DNA of 63,441 nucleotides, counting the filler, from Licmophora abbreviata (Eukaryota): assembly GCA_900291995.1 (NCBI GenBank). It is 9 parts of 9 records of this genome, joined end to end, with 100 filler letters (N's around TTAATTAATTAA, not from the genome) between each part and the next. Parts side by side here need not be neighbours in the genome. Positions count along the whole stretch, not along the records: positions 34,974 to 37,533 come from OLMU01002951.1; positions 37,634 to 44,683 come from OLMU01002953.1; positions 44,784 to 57,584 come from OLMU01002954.1; 6 more parts are not named here. The stretch is one strand, 5' to 3'. A program made the translations under genes and the position numbers. Below the pieces are notes generated by a model. That model worked only from the letters and a program-made list of their open reading frames with translations. It did not search any database and had not been told where the DNA came from. Shown in pieces: positions 37,251-49,249 of the stretch; positions within the stretch are counted from its first letter, which is position 1, and every line of letters starts with the position of its first letter.

Positions 37251-37533
37251 AACCCTGGCGAAGAAGTCTAGGTGTCACCTTGGAGAGAAGCTCGCGGGTC
37301 TCTGGCCCATATTCGAACGTGAAGTCGTCGGGGTGCCGGGACGCTTGCTGTCTGGGAGGCACCAGGTACTATTCTGCAGAATCCGGTGGAGTTCGTTCGT
37401 TGATGTTTGGACGGAGCGGATAGAAACATGACTCTGTCGTGAATCGACAGAGCCCGGTTTTGTCGGCATGTTGATATCGAAGCAAAACTATAGCAAGCTG
37501 TGTTTCAAAATGAATAATCTGGTCAATCTGGCG

Positions 37534-37633
37534 NNNNNNNNNNNNNNNNNNNNNNNNNNNNNNNNNNNNNNNNNNNNTTAATTAATTAANNNNNNNNNNN
37601 NNNNNNNNNNNNNNNNNNNNNNNNNNNNNNNNN
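37534..37633. other. Assembly gap linker
   Basis: N44-TTAATTAATTAA-N44. Confidence 0.98.
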
Positions 37634-38219
37634 AGAAATGATGAACCTTCTTGATCTCACGGTGGAATACCGTCCATGTCCCGGCGCCCGCATGGGGCAG
37701 TTTTCACAGGAACTCTTTCAGAGGACTGGAAGACAGACTGTTCCGTACCTCATTGACCCAAACACTGGAATGGAAATGTTTGAAAGCAATGATCAGATTC
37801 AATATCTCTTGAATACGTACGGGCCGCCAGAAGAGTCCTTTGATCGCAAGGCGCTATGGCCCATCACTTTTGAAAGTTTTGCTCAATCGACCGCAACGAC
37901 CGCCGCACTGCTTCGTGACATGCCTGGAGCGCGTCGACAGGCAAATGCTCGACCTGACAATGAAAGGATGAAGCCTCTGGAACTATGGGGATACGAGTGC
38001 TCTCCCTTCGTACGACCTGTGCGAGAAAAGCTCGGCAGTCTTTGTCTCCGCCATCGGATGGTGAGCTGCGCACGCGGCTCTGTAAACCGGGATAGGATGG
38101 TGGAGAAAACAGGACGGTTCCAAGTTCCCTATCTGGTTGATCCCAATACAGGCATCGAGATGTTTGAAGGGCCGGAAATTGTCGAGTACCTTGAAAAGGT
38201 CTACACAGTTGACTCATAA
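37634..38219 (+). CDS. Tandem GST-N/thioredoxin-like domain protein, 5' part lost in the gap
   Basis: Repeated VPYL.DPNTG.EMFE motif, plus ELWGYECSPFVRPVRE. Confidence 0.85.
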
Positions 38220-38270
38220 CATTCAGGCCCAGTTTTAACTAAGAACCTACCAGTAAACCCGGCACCGGGT

Positions 38271-41200
38271 CTAGTCGTCGAATTGAGGGACGTATCCAAC
38301 ACGTCGGAGCGCCAAGTACCACTTGAGCTTTTCGCACCACTTGCCAAACTCGGCCTTGTCCCGCTCGGAGCGTTCATTGTACGGAGTATCGATGAACAAA
38401 TCACCCATGATAGGGCGCAGAAACTCCGTCATGGTAAACTTGCCCCCGTCTCGACCAGAAGTGTTTGGATCAGCGACAACGTTCATTTCGGTCACTCTTT
38501 CTGTCTCCTCGAGCTGCTCCCATTCATCCTTGGTTGGAGGCGTCGAGAAGTGGGCTAGACGCTGGAGAGGCACGGCGCGCCCCTGGACGAGTCCGTCGAA
38601 GACGTGGCCGACGACCGTCGAGACTTGAATTGGACGACCGTTCGATGGAGACATTGCGATTGTCTGTGGGTGTTCGCCGGCAAGGAACCGTTCGTGAGAA
38701 GATTCCCAAGATGCAAGGCCTGTCTTCTTGACCGCCTTGTATACAGCATGCTCCCATGATTTGGAGGGCTGAAATGGCGCGCCGTCTGATGGGAATATAA
38801 GCGACTTGCTGTTGGTGATGGCAGAGGGCACAGCAGTCTCGCTGCTGTTTGGTTGCACTTCTTCAAGCCATGCATTCAGGCTAAAGACCAAGGAGTCGAG
38901 CTCGCTCGATCGCACACCAGCCGCAAGTAGAGCGCTTCGCTCGACGAGCAATCCGGGTGTCATGGTCGCGACAGCGTATGCGACCGAAGCCATAAGATGC
39001 TCAGCCATAACAGAAGCGGGCGCCATGCCGTTGCGGATGGCAGCGGTGGAACGCCATTTTTCGATACGCCCAATGAGTTCCTGCAGCTGAGCAAAGCGCT
39101 CTTCCTTGCCGTTCTTCTGAAGACGATCAAGATAGCCGTGCCATTTCGAAAAGGCACGAATAACCTCGCCATCGCCCGATTCCACTTCCTCCTTTGGAAT
39201 CTGTTCGAGATTGACACCGGCGTCTTTCAGATCGTTCAAGATACGTTGCCGCTTTTCTTCTTCCTTCGTTTCGGCGTCACGCAGCGACTGTGGAACGGGA
39301 AGCAGGACGGAGATGTCGGCGGTTCGAAGCGCGTCGCGACCCTGTGCCGTCAATCTGTATGTAGTCCAAGTTCGCTGTCAATAGCAAAATGCAACGCAGG
39401 GGACATGTTGATATTAGCTTCATTTAAAGAGCGACGGTTCCGGCATCGTCGTCTTCTCACTTACCGAAAATCCGTTTACTACAGTTGACTTTGTTCCTTG
39501 CTCCACGTATCCCTTGGCCGACAATGGCGCGACAAGTTCGCGAAAGAAGTTCGCAGAGTACTTTCTTGCGCCCAACGGCTGACGCCGCTGCTGAATCGAT
39601 TTCTGTACAGAAGTCGCGCTGCATCCAGAACGATAACGAAAGTCCTCCACCTTGTTGCCGGCAATGACCTTTTCAATGTTGGTCAGGCTCTGGTCGGGCA
39701 GAGCATCGATCGCCTCCAGTACAATGCGCGCCCCCAGTGGCCCAAAGTCACGTTCATTGTCGGCTCCGTACTTGACGAAACGTTGGCATGTATCGCATGT
39801 CCCACACCGCTCACCAAACGACGGCGTTTCGTCGAAAAATTCCAACAAGGCCCTTCGACGACACTTTTCCGTGTTCAGCGCATACTCACGCAAGGCGTCG
39901 ATGCTCCTGAACATCGATTGCTTGGCTTCGCCTCGCAACGCTCCGGTATAGAAATCGCCCTTGTACCGATCAAAGTCAGAGTCTCCCACAAACATGTGGC
40001 ACTCGGCAGTAAGACCATCGCGTCCCGCCCGACCAATCTGTTGGTAGTACTCTTCCACTGTCTTCGGGGAGCCCCAGTGAACGACGCGTCTCGTATCTGC
40101 CTTATCGATTCCCATACCAAATGCTGTCGTTGCCACAATGACTTGTGTCTGACCCACTAAAAAGTTAGTGTGCGCCGACTTGCGTGCGTCATGCGACAGG
40201 CCCGCATGGTAGGCTTCTACCCTCACACCATTGACGTCGCTCGCTGTGGCATCCAATCGTTGCTGGAGGAACGAGGAAATGTCGTCGACCAAATCACGAG
40301 TGGGCGCGTACAGAATGGTACTGCTCGAACGCAGTTTACGCAGAAAGTCAATGGAGAATGCAGCCTTGTATCCTCCACTGGTCTTTTTCGTGACATGAAT
40401 GCGCAAATTGGGACGATCAAATGTTTGTCGGACAATGGTGGGACTGCGCAGACCCAGACTTGTCACAATGTCTTTTTGGACTCGGGGGACGGCCGTTGCC
40501 GTGAGGGCCACCATGGGTACCTCTGAGAGTACTCGATGAGCGCGGATCTGATCGAGCTGACGATACTCGGGACGAAAGTCGTGCCCCCACTGACTGACGC
40601 AATGGCTTTCGTCAATGGCAATCAAACACAGTTCTTGCTTGTGTTGATGCATGTTTGCCAAGGCGGGTAGGAATCCTCCGGCGAGGAGTTTCTCGGGAGT
40701 GACGTAGACCAGACGGTACTCGCCATTCAATGCCTTGATTTCTTCCAAAGGATCCATCTGTCCACTTCCCAAATACGTGGCGAGTTTATCGTTGCTGCTG
40801 TCCGCCAAGAGTCCATTCAATTTCCGCACTTGATCCTGCATGAGCGAAATGAGTGGCGACACGACGACTGCCACCTTATTGGTAAAGAGGGGAGGAATCT
40901 GAAAACAAAGACTCTTGCCTGACCCAGTGGCCCAATAAACGGCCGCATCTTGCCTCTGATTCACCAATGCTTCAATCACTTGGAGTTGGCCAGGACGGAA
41001 CTTTGGGAATCCAAAGTAATGACGGAGTGTGTCTTCTAAAGTCGGAAAGGCTGGTGCTGTGGTAGCCTTGGCAGTGGACGGGATTGCCGCTGTACTAGTA
41101 CTGCTACTACTGAAGCTCGTGGCCAATTCTTGTTTGGGATTCGTCTTTGTGCCCATGACAATGTTGGAATTGGGTGGAAACACGGAGGATGAAGCGGGCG

Positions 41201-41321
41201 CATCTTGGAGAGGAGTCCTCCTGAGACGCTTGTTGCTTGCGTCACTATTCTGCTGGTGGGCATTCACAGCGGCATCGACATCAAAGTCAGCGAGAAAGTC
41301 GACGTCATCTTCAAATTCCAT
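38271..41321 (-). CDS. RecQ-family DNA helicase (WRN-like, with RQC, HRDC and C-terminal HTH-like region); 2 exons
   Basis: ATGSGKSLC, IDESHCVSQWGHDFRPEY, LTATA, FGMGIDK, YYQQIGRAGRDG and Zn site CRR...CGTCDTC. Phase-0 intron 39464-39375. The frame is open upstream to 41660. Confidence 0.93.
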
Positions 41322-41766
41322 GGCGCCGTTGTTACTCAATCGAAATTGTGATGTGGAAGTTGCAAGAGTTGCCAAACTGGAGTGAGGATACCGACGTCGA
41401 AGTTGACAGGTCCTGTGAGCAGTTGATGGACGACAGTATGCTGTAACACTCAAAATGAAGTCCCTGGATCGAACCAGGAGCAAAAATCGAGATAAGACTA
41501 TGATGATGCGACGTAGCAGAGAGCCAGAGCCGACGACAGGGTGCTTATTTCGAAGAGACATGCAAAGCGACAGCAATGCGACCGACAAAAGGATTTTGTG
41601 TGAGTGAAATCTGAAATCTGATGAAATCTGCATTCCAAACATGAAAGGGTCTGTCATCATCAGTCATGTCGGTACCATCGGCGAGACAGCAGCGTGAGAT
41701 GTTTCTCTCTCGCGAGCACACACACAAAACTGAAGACACAAAGCGCTATTTATCATCATCATTGCC

Positions 41767-43116
41767 ATGCCCTCCTCCTCGCCATCTTCTTCCAAGAGCT
41801 TTGTGCAAGAGTACCTTCCTCCAGATGTTCTGGAGAAACTGGAGGCCGGAGCGTTCCGAAGTTTGCGCCAGCATCTCGAAGAGCGATCTGCCCAAGTCTC
41901 AAATATAGATTTGATGACGCTGTCGGGCTTCTGTCGAAACTGTCTTGCCAAAGTGAGTATAATGCTACTAGTATACTTCTTGTATATGAAATACTGCGCA
42001 TGCGAACCTTTCACGGTCTCTCACAAAGCTTTTTCGTTCCTTTCTTTCTCCGTAGTGGATGGTTCTCGAGGCACGACGGCTAGCCAAACAAGAGGGTGTG
42101 TCGGATCCCTTGTTGGAGCAAGCGCTGAATGCTCTTGGATACGATGAGGCGGCGCAATACGTCTATGGATGCGACTACAAGGAATGGAAAAAGCGATACA
42201 TGACCAAGGCCACCGATGAACAAATGTACGTTCATGGAGCTCTCAAGACTATAGTCGTGTCTTGCAATTGTGTGGGTGAGCTTCACTCATGTTTGTTATT
42301 TTACGTGCTCCCAGGAAGCGATACCAAGAGAGTGAGTCTCTTCATGCCAAGCATGACAAGGAACTGCTGAAGGCTCGAGCCGAACGACCCACTACAGCGA
42401 TTCATGAGGCGATAGACGGATCGAATACAACTGTCCAGACAAGTACTGGCTCGCTCGTCCCTTCCAATGTGTGTTGCCAGGACGTGGAGGAGGATCCCAT
42501 GTCGAACGCCCTCATGGCGACAGTGCCTTCCATCCGCAACAAGCCTGCCGCCAAGCAGGCACGCGCCCTTCCTGCCTTTGTGCCTCCACCGCCCCCTGCA
42601 ACAACCATGTCCATAACTACGTGCATCTTAACCGTGTCGGATCGCGCCTCGCAGAATCTATACGACACTGGAGACCTATCAGGGCCTGCTGTCGAAGAGC
42701 ATGCGCAGGCAGCATGTGAAGCGCTAGGGGTGAGCTGTGCGGTAGTGGAAAAGAGGATTGTTCCGGATAATGTGGACGCTATTCAGAAGGCATTAAAACA
42801 ATGGTGCAACAACGACATCGACGTTGTCTGGACGACGGGAGGCACGGGATTCGGACCGCGCGATGTAACGCCCGAGGCCACGACGCAAATTTTAGACCGC
42901 GAGTGCAAGGGCCTCATGTCCTTTGTGGCGACCGAGTGCAGCAAACAGCAACCTCTCGCGTCACTCTCGCGCGGCACAGCGGGTGTTCTCCAAAACACGT
43001 TGATTGTTAACTTGCCGGGAAATCCAAAGGGCGTTGGCGAGATTTTTCCAGTCCTGCTACCCGTGTTGCTGCACGCCATTCATGACATGCAGGCCTCTGC
43101 AATCGTCAAGAAGTAG
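41767..43116 (+). CDS. Fusion protein: DUF1244-like domain plus MogA/Cnx1G (gephyrin G) molybdopterin adenylyltransferase; 3 exons, 385 aa
   Basis: Exons 41767-41952, 42056-42225 and 42315-43116 join in frame. N-part: LEAGAFRSL..HL.ER...NIDLM.LSGFCRNCLAKW...VYG..Y.EWK. C-part: LTVSD, DLSG, TTGGTGFGPRDVTPEAT, SRG.AG and NLPGNPKG. Confidence 0.88.
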
Positions 43117-43488
43117 ATAGGGGAAAAGAGTTGCGAATAGAGTCGCCCATACGTTTCGAGTGTCCGTTGACTGCCGTATCGTCATTCCGCAACTGAACGA
43201 CCCAGACGACAGCACGACCCTCTTGTGCTGAGCTGCCCGCGCTGAATGAAGCACGTTCACCGAAGACCCTGTGGAACTACATCGCAAGACAAGAATGGCA
43301 TAGCCGCGCCGATGAAGCCGTTCCGTCTCTCCAGCCTTATGCGTAGCTTTCAATTTTGGTTTGCTTCTCTGCTCTGTTCAGCAATGATTTGTTTTAAATT
43401 TTCTTTTCGTTTTTGGTTTCTGTTTGATTTATTGCTTTCAGTGATGAGTTTGCACGTGCCTTTCATTGCCGAGTGCTTCTCTTTTTGT

Positions 43489-45036
43489 TTAACTCTCGGG
43501 AGCATCCCCTCCGCCACCATCGGCTCCACCGTTGTCGTCGCCCTTGCCCGCCTCAACATCCGTTTTGGGACGGACCCACGTCTTCGACGCAAGCATGCTC
43601 GCAACCTGAGCGCGATACCCACCGCGACCACGGCCTCGTCCCCTGTAGCTACGTCCACCACGTCCACGGTATCCACGGCCTCCGTAGGAGGCGGAGACAA
43701 TCGGAGACGGGTGGGCTGCCGCATCTGCGTCGTATCCACCCTCGCCCTCTTGTCCGTCAGCAGCTGACGGGGTTACTTCCTGGCCATCAGGACCTCCTTC
43801 CGGTGACTCAAAGGCACGGCCTCCGCGACCGCGACCACGGCCTCGCGATCCCCGACCACGGCCGCCTCGACCGCCACGGTATCCACCTCTCCATGGAGAA
43901 TAGTCGTAGTATCCCCCATCATGGCCACCACCGTACGGCTCATCGTACGACTCCTCGCCGTACCCATCATTCTGCCACTCCGCAGACTCGTCGACTCGCT
44001 GACGTTTTCCTTCAGGACCAACACGACCTCGTCCGCCTCCACGACCTGCACCGCGTCCACCTCGGCCGTATCCCGAGTTGGCAGGAATAAAGTCGTCTTC
44101 ATCATCACGATCACGACGTTTTCCCGTCATGGGAGCGCCCCGACCCCCTCGGTCATTTTCTCGACGTGGTGGCCCTCGACCATCGCGACCACCTCGTCCG
44201 CTTCTGCCTCCGGGGTCGCCACCGCGTCCACCCCCACCTCGAGCATTGCGACCACCACGGCCTCCTCGATCATCGCGGCCACCCCCACGCCCCGGTCCAG
44301 GACCACCTCGCTGCCATCGAGCATCGTCACCACGTCGTCCACCACCATCACGGTGATCGCCTCGGTGGCCCCGACCTCCCGACAAACGTTCAAACGCTTC
44401 CGACGGGGTCGACCGTCCGCCACGGCCCCTTCGATCCTCGCGCCGATCACGACCACGGTCATCCCCTCGATCCTTTCGCTGCTGATGCTTATCATTATTG
44501 CGCCGGTCATCCTGACCGCGACCACGGTCGTCTCGTCGCTCATTGCGACGACCACGACCTTCTTTCCGGTCGTCTTGTTTCTTGTTGGTACTGTCTTTCT
44601 TACTCTTGCTGTCCGCATCCTTTTTAGCACCCTTGCGCGACGACCCCAGAGCACCCGACATGGTCAGTGCATTGTTCTCTGCGNNNNNNNNNNNNNNNNN
44701 NNNNNNNNNNNNNNNNNNNNNNNNNNNTTAATTAATTAANNNNNNNNNNNNNNNNNNNNNNNNNNNNNNNNNNNNNNNNNNNNCACTGAGCGTCTTTCCC
44801 AGTCCCGCCCCCGAGGATTCGGGAAGAATTTCCATGTCCATGCTCAGAAGCTCCTGGATGACGTACTCGACCGTCTTGCCATTGGAAATCATGGCTAGCG
44901 TGTAATCGATCAAGTCGACGACATCCTCCAGCGTATCGGGAGACTTTGGAAGCTGTTCTTGTAGCGCCTCGCGTAACTGTGTATTTTCGGCTTCTGTCAA
45001 CTTGCGGGGAGCCGCAATGGAGGCGTTGTATGACAT
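43489..45036 (-). CDS. RGG-rich putative RNA-binding protein with PWI-like N-terminal helical domain, spanning a gap
   Basis: N-part: L..QL......DV.DLIDY.LAMISNGKT.EY..QEL. After the gap there is a long RG/RGG low-complexity region ending in KTWVR. Confidence 0.7.
44684..44783. other. Assembly gap linker
   Basis: N44-TTAATTAATTAA-N44. Confidence 0.98.
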
Positions 45037-45516
45037 GGTGACAATAACGATGATTCAGTGCACGACGATGTGCGGCTATACGGCCAATGCTCAATGCAGA
45101 CGCTCAATAAATGAATGACTGAATGAGAGGCGACGAAAGCAATCTTTCTGTCGACAAAGCTGCTCCACTGACTTTGTCAATCAGAACGGATAGCTCAAGC
45201 GTTGGGAAAGATAGCAATGACCAAATCAAGCGATGGTAGCGTCGCTTGGGAACTGCGATAGTCGCTTTGCTTCACGAAGAGTGCACCGAGTGTTGTGCCG
45301 CTGTGTGTGTCGTGTGGGACTCTCGCCGCTGTGATGCGTGTGGCTGACAATCGCCGTACAGCATGCGTTGGACGTAGCACAGACATTCTTTCCTAAAATT
45401 ACTACAGTTTGCCTAAACCAAGTCCAAAACTCAAAACTCATCTCCAAAAATTCCAGAAATCAAAAAATTGGAATGGGCTTTCACCGACGCTCACAACATA
45501 ATCATCGAACTCGACC

Positions 45517-48500
45517 ATGAGCGGCAGCGGCGGCTCAAACAACCGCCGGCGGCGCAACGCTCGCAATACATCCACAGGGAGTAGTGGTGGTCGTGGGGGA
45601 GGTAGGACGAAACGAAACGAATCTTCAGAGAGGCATTCATCTTTGCAACACGCTCAAAACGCAAGTCGTGCTGGTGGCCCGCCACCCTCGCGATCCACGG
45701 GCGGACGCGGTGGACGAGGCAACTACGACAGACCTCCAGTGGGGATTGATCCCCCTGTCGCATTGAAAAAGAATGGTGAAAAGGGAGCCTCATCTCATAC
45801 CGTCTCAGAGGCTCGGCGCATTCACTTTACCAAACTCTTGATGAATTTGCGAGAGAATGATGATTGCAACAACACTGAATTCCCTCCTACATTGACCAAT
45901 ACCGAACGCAAGTTTGTCCATGAGTTGTCGGCGCAGCTGGGACTGGTATCCAAGTCAGCTGGAAAGGGTGAGAATCGTAGAATTAATGTGAGAAAACGAA
46001 ATGAAGTGGTCAAATCGACGGAGGAGGAGGGACACGTCCCGACACTGCGAGTCGGACGACGTGGGACGGAAGCGCTGCGGCGTCATTTGCAGCGCTTTCC
46101 ACCATCGCACACGGAGGACTTGGAGTCTCACGAGACAGGAGCTTCATTGCTAGAGGCCTTGACACAACATGACGGTGACGATGGCGAAGGTATCAGCGAC
46201 GCGTCGCTGGCCTCGGCGTTGAATCAAATTGGCCTTGGTGTAAACAAGGAGGCACCCGTGAAGGAAAGGTATCTAAGGCCGGTCGATTTGGAGCGGCGGA
46301 GACAGTTTCATGCGTCTGCACAATGCCGTAAACAAAGTCACCCTCAGTATCGCACCGTGCAGAAGGCAAGATCGCAATTGCCGGCCTTTGCCCATCAGGA
46401 CGAGATTGTCTCTGCCGTCCAACAGAATTCCATTGTGATTATTTCAGGCGATACGGGATGCGGTAAATCAACACAGGTGCCACAGTTTCTCCTCGATTCG
46501 AATGAGACGGCCAGTATTGTAGTCACGCAGCCCCGAAGGATTTCAGCCATCGCGGTTGCCGAGCGAGTGGCTGAAGAGCAGTGTTTGGAGCCCGTTGGCG
46601 GCATGATTGGTTATCAAGTCAGACTAGAGTCGGCGTCTAGCAAGAATACGCAGCTGCTATTTCTTACGCCGGGGGTATTACTCCGAAAGCTCCAGAGCTC
46701 ACCGACGTTGCATGAATACACCCACATCGTGATTGACGAAATCCACGAACGCGACAAGTACACGGAGTTTTTGTTGATTACATTGCGCGACTTGTTGCCG
46801 CTTCGAAACGACCTTCGTGTCATTTTAATGAGCGCCACTCTACAAATTGATCGATTGCTGGACTATTGGAAGCTCTTTCCCATGGCGCATGTACAAATGC
46901 AGGGACGGACGTTTCCGGTGCAATCGTTCTTTCTCGAGCAAGCACTTCGCGTAACTGGATACCTGAACGACACGATTGGAGATAATGCTGCTGAAGATGC
47001 CGAGCTCGACGCTGCTTTAGCAGCGTTGACCAATCTCAGTACCGTCGAAGAGCTTTCATTGGACGTGCCAGACTTAGCAGATACGACATCGTCGTCTGTC
47101 TTGACGTGCGTCATGTGCGGACGTTCCGGCTTCCCGGATGCGCTCGAGCTTGGGACTCATGTCGCATTGTGTGATGGTGGCGCCAACGAAGATATGGACG
47201 CGCTAGAGGAGCGTGTGCGGGGTATGGACACCATCAACGAAAGTCGTGCTGTCGTGACAACGAATGTTCCTGTCGGGAACAATAAATTCGACGAGGAAGC
47301 CACCAACGAAGAATCAAAATGGGACGGCCAGAGTCCATTTGAAATCACGAACAAGAATCCCACGGGTCTCAGTCTGACCGAAGAGGAACTCCTCAATCAG
47401 TACCAGGCGATGCACGATGATGAGCAGATCGACAACACCTTGCTGCTGGAAGTTCTTCGATTTATCGTCAAGTCTTCCTACGGGGATGGTGCGATCCTTG
47501 TATTCCTCCCTGGATGGCAAGAGATTTCAGAGTTTGGACTATGGTTAGAGGGTTCTACTCCATTTCAGGATCGCTCGAAGTATCTGGTATTACCGCTTCA
47601 CTCCGGGATTCCGAGCAAAGATCAACGCAAGGTGCTCCGACGCCCACCGAAAGGAGTTCGCAAGATCATTCTGTCTACAAACATTGCTGAAACGTCGCTG
47701 ACAATTGACGATGTTTCCTTTGTAGTCGATACTGGGAGAGCGAAAGAAAAGAATTATGACCCCCACCTAAAGACCAGTACGTTACAAGCCACCTGGGTAA
47801 GCCAGGCTTCGGCGAAACAGCGGCGTGGTCGGGCTGGTCGAACAAAGGCAGGAGTTTGTTTTCATTTGTTTTCAAGTCGACGCCATGCTTCAATGCGCGA
47901 TTTCGTTGACAGCGAGTTGCTGAGAACCCCACTGGTAAGTAACATTAAGCTGCCTTATTTCGCCCAAAGCGCGCTTGGGCAACGTTAACGAATATGCGTC
48001 GCTCTCTTCAACCATTTCCAGGAGGAAATGTGCCTACAGTGCAAGAAACTTAACCTAGCACCGGGTGGACCTGACGATCCCGACGGCATTCCTGCTTTCC
48101 TGTCGAAAGCAATGGATGCCCCGCACTCCAAGTCCATCACGAATGCGCTAGAGCTGCTGGTCGATCTTGGCGCCATGCAGCCCGAAACCAACAATCTCAC
48201 GAATCTTGGACAATGTCTTTCCATTCTCAGTCTTGAGCCTAGAGTAGGAAAAATGGTCATCTGGTCATACCTCCTGGGCTGCGCACGCGTTGCCTCAAGC
48301 ATGGGCGTTGCCATGTCCTACAAGTCTCCATTTGTCTTACCCCCGACACCGATGCGAAGAGCCGCTGACATGGCCAAAGTACAACTTAGTCAGCACAGTG
48401 AGAGCGATCAGGTAACCATCTTGAACGCTCTCCGAAAAAGAGACCAGATGTCTCGAAATCATGGAGCGTACAACGATTTCTGTCGAAGGAGCTTTCTCGG

Positions 48501-49161
48501 CTACTCGACACTGGAAATGATTTCAGACCTGCGACGCAACGTGAATCGCGAGCTCACGACTCTCGGATTTCCTAGTCCTTCTGCATCAAACCAGTATCAT
48601 AATCGCCACGATAATGATCATGCACTCTGGCAGGCTGCCATCGCTGCCGGCCTGTATCCTAACGTTGCATCACGGCGCCGCGGCGATGTAAACTTTTCTA
48701 CCATGACGAATCGGAAAGCCAAGATACATATAAGCAGCGTGAACGCTGTAAAGGGTCAACCGCTGAAAGCCAAATGTCAAGTACCAGAGGGTGAAGTGGA
48801 ATTCGTAGCTTTTGGGGAGATGGTACGGGGTCCGACACTCTTCACCATGAACCAGACGACGCATCTTGCCTCACCGCTACCGCTGCTTCTCCTTTGCGGC
48901 ACTTCAATGAGTGTTCGCCCGCATATGGAAGACGACAAGATCTCCATCCTTAATGTGGACGATTGGATCATCTTTCAGTGCGATGTCGCTACCGCAGCGG
49001 GCATTGTGATCCTCCGAAAGCGCCTAGAGGCTGCTTTCTGGCGTACTTTGACGGATCCAACTGCAGGATTGAATATACTGAGTGATACAGAACGAGACAC
49101 GGTTGAGATATTGGGCACCGTTTTGCAGAGCGCGCACCGGTCTGCTCCTGGGCGCACATAG
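45517..49161 (+). CDS. R3H-domain DEAH/RHA RNA helicase (YTHDC2/DHX36-like); 2 exons
   Basis: R3H FPPTLTNTERKFVHEL, GDTGCGKSTQ, TQPRRISA, DEIHER, MSAT, TNIAETSLTIDD and QRRGRAGR. HA2/OB region follows intron 47935-48021. Confidence 0.93.
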
Positions 49162-49249
49162 GTAGATTCGCTCAAGCTCACGATGATACGTAGCATCTAC
49201 TGGAGGGTATTGTCTCTAGCTTATTACAAGAGAGATTTCTATTCGTGTT

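Noticed and set aside
43473..44739. Several long overlapping ORFs on both strands (205-272 aa)
   Set aside because: These are shadow frames of the GC-rich RGG low-complexity coding region, which lacks stops in alternate frames.
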